Source of the DNA: Holosporales bacterium
Lineage (GTDB): Bacteria > Pseudomonadota > Alphaproteobacteria > UBA3830 > JAIRMZ01
Direction: 5' to 3'
Assembly (NCBI GenBank): GCA_031266655.1
Contig: JAISAP010000046.1
Span: 1-50,068, forward strand
Length of the DNA: 50,068 bases
Shown here: positions 26,652 through 34,175 of the stretch, in pieces
Numbering within the stretch: the stretch's first letter is position 1
Layout of the letters: the number at the start of each line of letters is the position of its first letter
Position numbers and translations under genes: made by a program
Notes under the pieces: model-generated
What the model saw: the letters and a program-made list of their open reading frames with translations, nothing else
Databases searched by the model: none
What the model was told of the DNA's origin: nothing

Positions 26652-27530
26652 ATGTTGGCTTGGGAAGAACTGCTTGTCGCCTTAGAAATCGGCCTGATCT
26701 ATGGGATTTTGGCAATCGGGATCTATTTGACGTTTAGAGTCATCAATTTTCCCGACATGACCTGCGACGGAAGCTTCATTTTCGGGGCTGTCGTTTCCTC
26801 CGTCCTGATCCAATCCGGGAGCAACCCCGCGACCGCGCTGCTGCTTTCCCTGGTAGCAGGAGGCCTTGCCGGCTTCCTCACGGGAATCCTCTGCGTATGG
26901 CTGAAAATCGAGGATTTCCTCTCGGGAATCGTCATTGCCTTCATGCTGTACTCCGTCAACTTACGCGCGATGGGGTCTTGTCCCAACATCACCCTCGTTG
27001 ACCAGACCACCTGCTTCAGCGCAGGCAATACGCTCTTGAGTATCTCCCTCGTTTCCGCAGGCCTCATCTTGCTGCTCTCCCTTTTTCTGCGTACAGATTG
27101 CGGCCTGGGGCTGAGAGCCGCGGGCCAAAATCCCTCGTTCGCTTCCGCCTGCGGGATCCCTGTGCGCGTGATGATCATCGGAGGGCTGGTCCTGAGTAAC
27201 GCCCTCATCGGTCTATGTGGAGCGCTTTTTACGCAATACCAAGGATTTTGCGATATCTCGCAGGGGCCAGGAACTCTTGTCATTGGGTTGGCCTCTGTCA
27301 TGATGGGAGAGAATTTTCTCAGCCGACTGCTCCCCAAGAAGGCCGCCCATGCCTCTCGCATTCCTGTTCTCCCCGCTCTCATAGCTTGTATCGGCGGATC
27401 AGTTGCTTACAGGATTTTTATCGCTTTTGCCTTGCATAGCGATTCCTTCGGAATGAAGACGCAGGATCTTAACCTGGTCACGGGCCTTTTGATCATTCTG
27501 GTGATGAAGACCAAGAGAACTACGCCATGA
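26652..27530 (+). CDS. ABC transporter permease (partner of ABC_sub_bind systems)
   Basis: 292 aa, multi-TM. N-terminal INFPDMTCDGSF motif typical of this permease family. Confidence 0.82.
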   Translation: MLAWEELLVALEIGLIYGILAIGIYLTFRVINFPDMTCDGSFIFGAVVSSVLIQSGSNPATALLLSLVAGGLAGFLTGILCVWLKIEDFLSGIVIAFMLYSVNLRAMGSCPNITLVDQTTCFSAGNTLLSISLVSAGLILLLSLFLRTDCGLGLRAAGQNPSFASACGIPVRVMIIGGLVLSNALIGLCGALFTQYQGFCDISQGPGTLVIGLASVMMGENFLSRLLPKKAAHASRIPVLPALIACIGGSVAYRIFIAFALHSDSFGMKTQDLNLVTGLLIILVMKTKRTTP

Positions 27531-28210
27531 GGGAAGTGCTCACGCTTCAAAAAATTACCGTGAGGGATGTCCTGACAGACCTGAGCTTCACAGTGGGCGA
27601 GAGCGAGTGGGTGCTCGTCGTGGGAGACAACGGTGCCGGGAAAACGACGTTATTTAATACGATCTTGGGCAACATCCTGCCCGATAGGGGGAAGGTCCTG
27701 ATAGAGGGGAGCGACGTCACGTCTCTTCCTCCGCACAGTCGAGCATCTGTGATGGCGCATGTTTTCCAGGATCCAACCGCCGGAACGGTGGGCCATATGA
27801 CGATTCGGGAGAATCTGCGCCTGGCTTCTCGACGCGGGAAGAAGCGCTCTTACCTCCGGTTCCCCTCCCGCAAGCGCGATGAGGCTTACCGAGAGCAATT
27901 GAGTGCGTTGCGTATGAACCTGGAGGATCGCCTGGACGATTATGCGGGAGACCTTTCCGGAGGACAGCGACAAGCGCTGAGCATCGTCCTGTCTCTCTTG
28001 ACGGAGTCTAAAATCTGGCTTCTCGACGAAATTACCGCTGCCCTTGACCAAAAAACCTCCGCCACCATCTTGGAAGTCGTTCGCAACACGCTTCGTCAGA
28101 GAAAACAGACTTGCCTTATGATCACACACAATCCCCAGCACATTGGGCAGTTGGGAGATCGCGTGCTGATCTTGAAGGACGGGAGAGTACACGAGCAAGA
28201 CTTGCGGTAA
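27527..28210 (+). CDS. ABC transporter ATP-binding protein
   Basis: Walker A GDNGAGKTT, signature LSGGQRQAL, Walker B IWLLDEITAALD. 4-nt overlap with the permease gene. Confidence 0.93.
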   Translation: MREVLTLQKITVRDVLTDLSFTVGESEWVLVVGDNGAGKTTLFNTILGNILPDRGKVLIEGSDVTSLPPHSRASVMAHVFQDPTAGTVGHMTIRENLRLASRRGKKRSYLRFPSRKRDEAYREQLSALRMNLEDRLDDYAGDLSGGQRQALSIVLSLLTESKIWLLDEITAALDQKTSATILEVVRNTLRQRKQTCLMITHNPQHIGQLGDRVLILKDGRVHEQDLR

Positions 28211-28230
28211 GGCGCTCTCCCCGGGAATCT

Positions 28231-29460
28231 CTATTTATGGGGCTTCTGGTGATGGGAAGCTGCGGCAGCGGGATGAGGGTGGGGAGCCCCGGCAGCGGGA
28301 CGGAACCTGCCATGAAAGGGGTGCTCTTGGTGAATCTGTTGGGCTTTGCCCATATGCTCCATCGCTGTTTTACGGTGTTCTGCCACATTTTCTGGGTGCA
28401 TCCTATGCTGTTCTACAGCTTGACGATATCCTTCAAGTGCTGCGTGTTTGTTCTTTAAATTTTCTGCCCAGGGGTGCTTTGCTCCCTGAAGTTGACCGGT
28501 CTCTTTAGCATGAAAACTCTGCCCTGCCTTCCACTCAGACTCATCCCACGGATGGCGCGGTCCTGGATGTTTACCGCCTCCTCCAGGAGGACCGCCTGGT
28601 GGTCCGCCACGGCCTTTACCTCCTCTAGGACCCCCATGAGGCCCCCAGAGCGGCACAACCGGTTTGTCCGGAATCCTTGCCGCCGCTGCTCTTACCTCGC
28701 TGTGAAGCGTCCTCGCTTGATCCTCACATCTCTTCGCTGCATCCAGGTGGTGGAAAGATTCGTCATGTTTGCCCTGCTCATAAGCGATCGTGTGTTTTCG
28801 CATCTCTTCCTGGTATTCCCTTATTGCCCGGTAGTACTCAGATGTTTTGGTGCAGAGATCTTTTTTGGCGGGATCGCTCTCCTTCGCGGCAGCCTCCGCG
28901 TACGTTTGGGCGCGGTGTGTGTAGAAAGGCGCGTCCCATACAGCCCCCGGAGGGAGCTCAAGGTGTGTCGTGTGAGGCAACGGCTTTTTGCATTGGTGGG
29001 GACAACCTTTTCCTTTGGGAAGCGCGCCTCCGGGTGGCGGCGAAGGAGAAAGAGAACGTCGTCCCTTGCGCAGGTCAGGCCCTCCCGATACCGGAGAGGG
29101 AGAAGGAGAGCGCCGTTCCCTGTGCACGTTGGGGTTCCCCCGCGGATCTGTGGCATCCCTTCTGAACCGCCACAGATGGTGGGAAGAAGGAGCAGGACTA
29201 GCAGCGGGATTGTGTGGAGTGGGGACTGGGGACGGGACGTAAGGAGCTCTTGCTGCAGGAGAAGGAGCGCTTGCTACAGGAGGAAGAGGAGTGCTCGCAG
29301 CGGGAGAAGGAGTGCCAGAGGGGTTGCCTGCTGGAGCTGTCTGATCTAAGTTGCCGTCTTCGTAAAGAGACGTGCTGTCCGTTTGGGGAGCAGCTTGCGT
29401 TGGGCCTAAGCAAAAAGCCACACAACAGATCACAGTCCATTTTCTCCGCAGGTCCCTCAT
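28231..29460 (-). CDS. secreted Pro-rich / His-rich low-complexity protein
   Basis: 409 aa. Signal peptide MRDLRRKWTVICCVAFCLGPTQA|A. Pro/Ser-rich N-half, Gly/Pro block PPGGPPGGGGKHPGP, and a C-terminal helical His-rich part with HPENVAE/HRKTAME/HMGKAQQ heptads. Confidence 0.7.
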   Translation of the reverse strand: MRDLRRKWTVICCVAFCLGPTQAAPQTDSTSLYEDGNLDQTAPAGNPSGTPSPAASTPLPPVASAPSPAARAPYVPSPVPTPHNPAASPAPSSHHLWRFRRDATDPRGNPNVHRERRSPSPSPVSGGPDLRKGRRSLSPSPPPGGALPKGKGCPHQCKKPLPHTTHLELPPGAVWDAPFYTHRAQTYAEAAAKESDPAKKDLCTKTSEYYRAIREYQEEMRKHTIAYEQGKHDESFHHLDAAKRCEDQARTLHSEVRAAAARIPDKPVVPLWGPHGGPRGGKGRGGPPGGPPGGGGKHPGPRHPWDESEWKAGQSFHAKETGQLQGAKHPWAENLKNKHAALEGYRQAVEQHRMHPENVAEHRKTAMEHMGKAQQIHQEHPFHGRFRPAAGAPHPHPAAAASHHQKPHK

Positions 29461-29507
29461 ATCTCCCTCCTTCTCAAAGTAACCCTTCTTTCAGATATCC
29501 ACGCCCA

Positions 29508-30416
29508 TCAGTGTTTCACAGACCCATGATGCGACGCTGGAGGACTATGAGCGTGCGTACCCTGTGCCTTCTTATGGTGGGGTGCATCCGGTGGGCGCAC
29601 TGGGCTTGGGTTACGGGAGCGTACGGCTGGTGTTTTTGGACCATGGCTAGACGGCGGGTCCGGCACCTTCTCATGAGGTGGGCGCTGCGCAGAATTGGGG
29701 GTCGAGCGACGCTTTTCTGCCTCAATTTGGGGCTCCTTTGTCAGGCTCGGATTATGGGGGCGTACGGCTGGTGTTTTTGGACCATGGCTAGACGGCGGGT
29801 CCGGCACCTTCTCATGAGTGGGGCGCTGTGCGGCATTAGGGCTCGAGCGGAGCTTTTCTGCCTCGATCCGGGACTCCTGTTTTGGTTCGCTAGGTGGGCG
29901 CTGTGCAACATTAGGGCTCGAGCGACGCTTTTCTGCCTCGATCTGAGGTCCCTGTTTTCCACGACGCCACCTGAGGTGCACTTGTCCATCGCGCACTTCC
30001 ACACGAAGCGTGGGCCCAAAAATAGTCTTGGCGTGGAGGGCAATCTGATCCAGATAGGGTTTAGCTAGATCATGACGCCCACGATTCGTATACCAATAAT
30101 ACTGCGTTACAGCCACGCGAGTCCTGTTCCAGGCTGGCTGGTGGACAGGATCCTCAACGATAGGGGGAACTTTCTTCTTCTCCTTATGCCAATAATACTG
30201 CGTTACAGCCGCGCGAGTCTTGTTCCGGGCTGGCTGGTGGACAGGATCCTCAACGATAGAGGGAACTTTCTGCGCTTGCTTTTTAACAGCACCTTGTTGG
30301 TGAGTCGTGGGTGCGGCCACCGGAGCTCCCGGACGTTCCATCGCTTGTACAGGTCCAGAGAAAAAGCCCACGGCAAGGGCGATTGTGCACACAAATGGTC
30401 TATAAGAATGCGTCAT
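29508..30416 (-). CDS. secreted tandem-repeat protein (shares signal peptide with the His-heptad family)
   Basis: 302 aa. MTHSYRPFVCTIALAVGFFSGPVQA|MERPGAP. 2 x 32-aa repeat (KVP.IVEDPVHQPA.N.TR.AVTQYYW). 47-aa repeat (PQIEAEKRRS.PN.AQRP.HEKVPDPPSSHGPKTPAVR), 2 full copies plus 1 partial. Confidence 0.75.
   Translation of the reverse strand: MTHSYRPFVCTIALAVGFFSGPVQAMERPGAPVAAPTTHQQGAVKKQAQKVPSIVEDPVHQPARNKTRAAVTQYYWHKEKKKVPPIVEDPVHQPAWNRTRVAVTQYYWYTNRGRHDLAKPYLDQIALHAKTIFGPTLRVEVRDGQVHLRWRRGKQGPQIEAEKRRSSPNVAQRPPSEPKQESRIEAEKLRSSPNAAQRPTHEKVPDPPSSHGPKTPAVRPHNPSLTKEPQIEAEKRRSTPNSAQRPPHEKVPDPPSSHGPKTPAVRSRNPSPVRPPDAPHHKKAQGTHAHSPPASHHGSVKH
29580..29950 (-). repeat. 141-bp in-frame tandem repeat (2 full + 1 partial copy)
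   Basis: GTACGGCTGGTGTTTTTGGACCATGGCTAGACGGCGGGTCCGGCACCTTCTCATGAG occurs at 29621 and 29762 (period 141). Boundaries are approximate. Confidence 0.8.
30085..30280 (-). repeat. 96-bp in-frame tandem duplication
   Basis: CCAATAATACTGCGTTACAGCC.CGCGAGTC.TGTTCC.GGCTGGCTGGTGGACAGGATCCTCAACGATAG.GGGAACTTTCT occurs at 30093 and 30189. Boundaries are approximate. Confidence 0.8.
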
Positions 30417-30441
30417 TGTTAGCTCCTTTCAGGACTCCTCT

Positions 30442-31233
30442 TCAGGGATGTCGATGCCTCGCTCTCTGGTGGCGAGCCGCGGATACGCCATGATTTGGGT
30501 GTTGTCCGGCGTTAAAATGCGGATGACACCTTTCCGTATTCACTCGGACCGTATGGGCTCCACTATAGGCATGGTGTGCATGCCCCTGGTGTGCGGTCGC
30601 CTCGTTATAATGCGTTATCGCGCGGAATCCATGCCCATGAGCGTTTTCTGCGTGGTGAACGGAATGGTTGTAGAAGGCTCTTGCCTGATCATGGCGTCCG
30701 CTCCCCATATGTCCATAATGGGCTGCCATAGCACCATGATGCTCGTGCATCGCCCTATGAAAATCTGCATGAGCAAGGTTCTCTTGGTGTCTTGCGCGAA
30801 ACGCGTTCGCATAATGGCCATTTTCCTCAGCTTTCTGGCGATGGTACGTTGCTTGTTGCCGATGATACAGCTTCAGCTGCCCTTCAGTTCTTCTCACATA
30901 CCCTGTGTGGACAACCGCCTGACGGTCGTGAAACGCAGCAAGATTCCGGTGATGGTCTTCATGTATTTGATGCCTGGCAGCATTTTGCTGGTGAGACACA
31001 GCAAGTTGACGGTGCGTTTCTGCGGCAGTTGCATGGTCTGAAGCGTGGTTTCTGTGCTCATCATGAGAAATGTGCGAGAAAGGGTGCACGCCAGCTGACG
31101 GCGTCGGAGGGACGGCTATGACCGTTCTAGAGGCAGGAGCAGCAAGGCGCCTCATCGCCCACAAGGATCCGGAGCAAAAACTCACAGAAAGGGCAATTGC
31201 ACCTACAAGTAGTTTGTAGGGGTGTACCACCAT
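30442..31233 (-). CDS. secreted His-heptad protein (paralogue A, 263 aa)
   Basis: MVVHPYKLLVGAIALSVSFCSGSLWA|MRRL. GGGAG Shine-Dalgarno. His at aa 60,67,74,81,88,95,102,109. Conserved blocks H.AN.F.A...E..AHAD.H..MH and NH.V.H...A.GH. Confidence 0.8.
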   Translation of the reverse strand: MVVHPYKLLVGAIALSVSFCSGSLWAMRRLAAPASRTVIAVPPTPSAGVHPFSHISHDEHRNHASDHATAAETHRQLAVSHQQNAARHQIHEDHHRNLAAFHDRQAVVHTGYVRRTEGQLKLYHRQQATYHRQKAEENGHYANAFRARHQENLAHADFHRAMHEHHGAMAAHYGHMGSGRHDQARAFYNHSVHHAENAHGHGFRAITHYNEATAHQGHAHHAYSGAHTVRVNTERCHPHFNAGQHPNHGVSAARHQRARHRHP

Positions 31234-31348
31234 TTGCTCCCTTCAGAAAACTTCTACAAGTCCATTCAAACCAAACTTTATTAAGAAGTAGGAAAAAAGT
31301 ACTAGCGGAGTGATGAGGAGAACCTCGGCATGGTGTTGGTGCACAAGA

Positions 31349-31984
31349 TTAGTGTGCGGTAGTATGCGGACGGAATTTCACCGCCCTTTTCCCAGCCTTC
31401 TGCGCCCGTCTGAAAGCGTCACGTGCACGTCTAAAATGCACATTTCCTACCGCATGATACGTCTGTGCGCGATCCGCATGTCCCTGAGCCTTTTTTGTGT
31501 GTTGAACAGCGTGATTGACATAATGCTGATGCATTTCTACGTGATGATCTGCATGAGCACGATGCTCCTGAGCTTTTGCGAGAAATCCGTTAGCGCGATG
31601 AGTATGTTCTTGTGCCTCATGCTGGTTGCGCGCAGCCTGTTCCAGATGGTACTGCTTCTGCTGTCCGGTGGTTTTCTTCGCAAGCTCCCTATGCTTGTTT
31701 GCCTCACTGGCATGACCTTCAGCAATCACCCGATGATTGAAGGCCAGCTCTTGATTTTTACCAGCAGCTTTCCGGTGCGATCCAACAAGCCGAGCGTGTG
31801 CGGCCGCAATTTTTCCGTGGACTGCAGCTTCGGCTGCATGCCCAACATGCTTGATGCGCGCGAAAAGCTGCGCCACAGGTCTGGTTGCCGGAGCTCCCGA
31901 GCGCTTCATCGCTTGCACGGATCCGGAGAAAAAACTCACAGAAAGGGCGATTGCGCCGATAAACAGTTTGTAGGGGTGTACCAC
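31349..31984 (-). CDS. secreted His-heptad protein (paralogue B, 211 aa; GTG start)
   Basis: (M)VHPYKLFIGAIALSVSFFSGSVQA|MKRSGAP. His/Asn at aa 49,56,63,70,77(N),84,91,98. HRANGFLAKAQEHRAHADHHVEMH. The 5' leader is near-identical to that of paralogue A. Confidence 0.8.
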   Translation of the reverse strand: MVHPYKLFIGAIALSVSFFSGSVQAMKRSGAPATRPVAQLFARIKHVGHAAEAAVHGKIAAAHARLVGSHRKAAGKNQELAFNHRVIAEGHASEANKHRELAKKTTGQQKQYHLEQAARNQHEAQEHTHRANGFLAKAQEHRAHADHHVEMHQHYVNHAVQHTKKAQGHADRAQTYHAVGNVHFRRARDAFRRAQKAGKRAVKFRPHTTAH

Positions 31985-32073
31985 ACTTTGCTCCCTTCAG
32001 AAAACTTCTATAAGTCCATTCAAACCAAACTTTATTAAGAAGTAGGCAAAAAGTACTAGCGGAGTGATGAAAG

Positions 32074-32103
32074 GAAGGGGAAAGATTTTTCCCCTTCTTT
32101 TTT
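32074..32103. terminator. intrinsic-terminator-like hairpin between His-heptad genes
   Basis: GAAGGGGAAA (32074-83), loop GATT, TTTCCCCTTC (32088-97), then T6 (32098-32103) on the + strand. A short A tract precedes it, so it could act bidirectionally. It lies about 100 nt downstream of the stop of the 32200 gene (minus strand). Confidence 0.5.
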
Positions 32104-32199
32104 GTGGGAGCGGCCTAGTTTTGAGCGCCCTCTTCTTGGATACTCCCTCGGTAGGCCCTAGTGCCCCGCCTTGAAAACTCGGCGTGGGAATGGTGACCG

Positions 32200-33123
32200 T
32201 CAATGATGAGTCATACCCGGTGCGCCATGGCGCATCGCGCCTGGACCACGGTGGTGCTCACCCGGTAGGGCACCGCGGTGTATCGGGACTCCGTGGGGGG
32301 GGGTCTGTGAAAGATGGGGGTGCTGCGCAGGATTGAAGTGCGGATGGAACGCCACTGCCCTGGCTCCAGCCTCCTGTGCCCGTCTACGAGCATCATGCGC
32401 ACGTCTACGATACACGTTTCCTACCGCTTGATGCGCATGTGCACGATCCGCATGTCCCTGGGCATTCCTTGTGTGTTGAACGGCATGATTGAAGCGGTCT
32501 CTCGCATGGTCGTGACGTCTGTTCGCCATATGCTCATGATGGTCCGCCATAGCCGCATGATGGTGATGCATTTCTACGTGATGATCTGCACGAGCAAGAT
32601 GCTCGTGAGCTCTTGCGAGAAATCCGTTAGCGCGATGATGGTGCTCTTGCGCCGTATGCCGATGCTGCTCAGCCTGCGCTTGATGATGGCGCCTCATCCA
32701 TCCGGCAACTCTCCCAGCGAGCCCCTCATGCCTAATGGCGTGACGCGTGTGGTTCGCCGCAAGATCCCGATGATTGTTTGCTTGCTCCCGATTCCTAGCA
32801 GCAGCTTGCCGATGAGATGTTGCTTGCCGACCGTGTGTGGCTGCAGCACTTCTATGGTCTGTTGCATGAGCAGCGTGCTCGGCACGACTGATGTGCGGCA
32901 GAGTGACGTGCGGCAGTTGGGGCACCTTGGGAAGGTGCGCGGCAATCTGCTCTCTAAATGCAGGCTTTGGTGCCGCAGCAATCCGCGCTTTAAACGTTGA
33001 GACTGGGGTAGGCTTTGTCGCCGGGGCAGACGTAGCAGGACGCCTCATCGCCTCCGAAGACCCGGAGAGGAACCCTACGGAGAGGGCGATTGCGCAGGTA
33101 AAGGACTTGTAAGAGCGTGTCAT
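32200..33123 (-). CDS. secreted His-heptad protein (paralogue C, 307 aa)
   Basis: MTRSYKSFTCAIALSVGFLSGSSEA|MRRP. His/Asn at aa 83,90,97,104,111(N),118,125,132, with Ala at +4 in 7/7 heptads. HRANGFLARAHEHLARADHHVEMHHHH. His/Pro/Gly-rich tail. Confidence 0.8.
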   Translation of the reverse strand: MTRSYKSFTCAIALSVGFLSGSSEAMRRPATSAPATKPTPVSTFKARIAAAPKPAFREQIAAHLPKVPQLPHVTLPHISRAEHAAHATDHRSAAATHGRQATSHRQAAARNREQANNHRDLAANHTRHAIRHEGLAGRVAGWMRRHHQAQAEQHRHTAQEHHHRANGFLARAHEHLARADHHVEMHHHHAAMADHHEHMANRRHDHARDRFNHAVQHTRNAQGHADRAHAHQAVGNVYRRRAHDARRRAQEAGARAVAFHPHFNPAQHPHLSQTPPHGVPIHRGALPGEHHRGPGAMRHGAPGMTHH

Positions 33124-33244
33124 TGTTCGTTCCTTTCAGAAAATTTCTACAAGCTCATTTAAACCAAACTTTATTAAAAAAGCGTTAACAAATACCCGAT
33201 GAGAAGATTTACATTGCAGGAGGGGAATGGTATGAGGGGCCTGT

Positions 33245-34171
33245 ATGCAGAGGAAGAGTGGCGTGAGGAAGAAGAAGCGGTCTTCTCCTTTCAAGAAGGT
33301 ATTTCTGTGTCTTCTCGCTCTGTATTCTCTGCCGTTTTTCTTCTGCGATGGGGCTTTTGTGTATGAGCGGCGCCCCGTTGCGCCCCCGAAAGAGCCAGAA
33401 TCTCCAGGAGTGATCGTCTATATCATCAACATGGATCGCTCCCCACAGAGATGGGCTTCGATCCTCCCACAAGCGCAGCAACTCGGTCTTCCCATGGAGC
33501 GCATTCCTGGAGTGGACGGGCAACTTCTCTCAGAGGAAGAGCTTTCAAAGCTTGTGGATCGGGAACAACACTGCGCCTCTAAGGGGCGATATGCTGGGAA
33601 AGGAGAGGTGGGCTGCGCGCTCAGTCACACAAAAGCTTGGAAGCGTTTCCTTGACTCTCCCTACGCCTACGCCTTAGTCCTGGAGGATGATGTTTTCTTG
33701 GATCCCGGTCGCGTTCAGAGGATCGTCTCCCAGCTGCTCACAGTGCCCCACATGTGGGATACGGTGTTCTTCAATACGGATTTTCGCTCCGGAGTGCCGA
33801 TGACGATGCGCTCCTTCGGGGAGGATGGAGAACTCGTCGTGCATCTGAGAACCACATGGGGAACGCAGTGCTATCTTATCAACCGAAAGGCGGCTGCAAC
33901 TCTTTCTGCCCATGCTTTCCCTATGAAAACGGATGTTGACCTGTTCTCCAAGCGTTCCTGGGAGTTTGGACTCAAGGTTGCGGGCATACATCCAAGATTT
34001 TGTACAGCTGACAAGTTCCCGTCGGATATCGGGTACGGGTATGAAGACGTTCCCCATGGCTTTTTCCCGGTACTCAAAAGCCGGATCCAACTTCATGTAT
34101 CTTCAATGAAGACGCGTATTATGCGTTTTGTATACAACTTGAAGTTATACTTTCAGCTCCGGGAGACATGA
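33245..34171 (+). CDS. glycosyltransferase family 25 (LPS/LOS beta-1,4-galactosyltransferase-like), membrane-anchored, paralogue 1
   Basis: 308 aa. N-terminal basic stretch plus TM (FLCLLALYSLPFFF). GT25 motifs VYIINMDRSPQRW, GEVGCALSHTKAWKRF, ALVLEDDV. Confidence 0.82.
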   Translation: MQRKSGVRKKKRSSPFKKVFLCLLALYSLPFFFCDGAFVYERRPVAPPKEPESPGVIVYIINMDRSPQRWASILPQAQQLGLPMERIPGVDGQLLSEEELSKLVDREQHCASKGRYAGKGEVGCALSHTKAWKRFLDSPYAYALVLEDDVFLDPGRVQRIVSQLLTVPHMWDTVFFNTDFRSGVPMTMRSFGEDGELVVHLRTTWGTQCYLINRKAAATLSAHAFPMKTDVDLFSKRSWEFGLKVAGIHPRFCTADKFPSDIGYGYEDVPHGFFPVLKSRIQLHVSSMKTRIMRFVYNLKLYFQLRET

Positions 34172-34175
34172 GACG

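Noticed and set aside
26723-27382. 219-aa ORF antisense to the ABC permease
   Set aside because: The permease frame has a clear multi-TM pattern and an operon context with 4-nt overlaps. The antisense ORF has neither.
28474-33000. Long plus-strand ORFs opposite the His-rich cluster (28474..29349, 29214..30068, 30448..31041, 31310..32038, 32314..33000)
   Set aside because: Their Met/Val/Cys-rich sequences are just the reverse complement of His (CAT/CAC) and Ala codons. They lack signal peptides or conserved ends. The minus-strand ORFs share signal peptides, GGGAG ribosome-binding sites and conserved blocks between paralogues.
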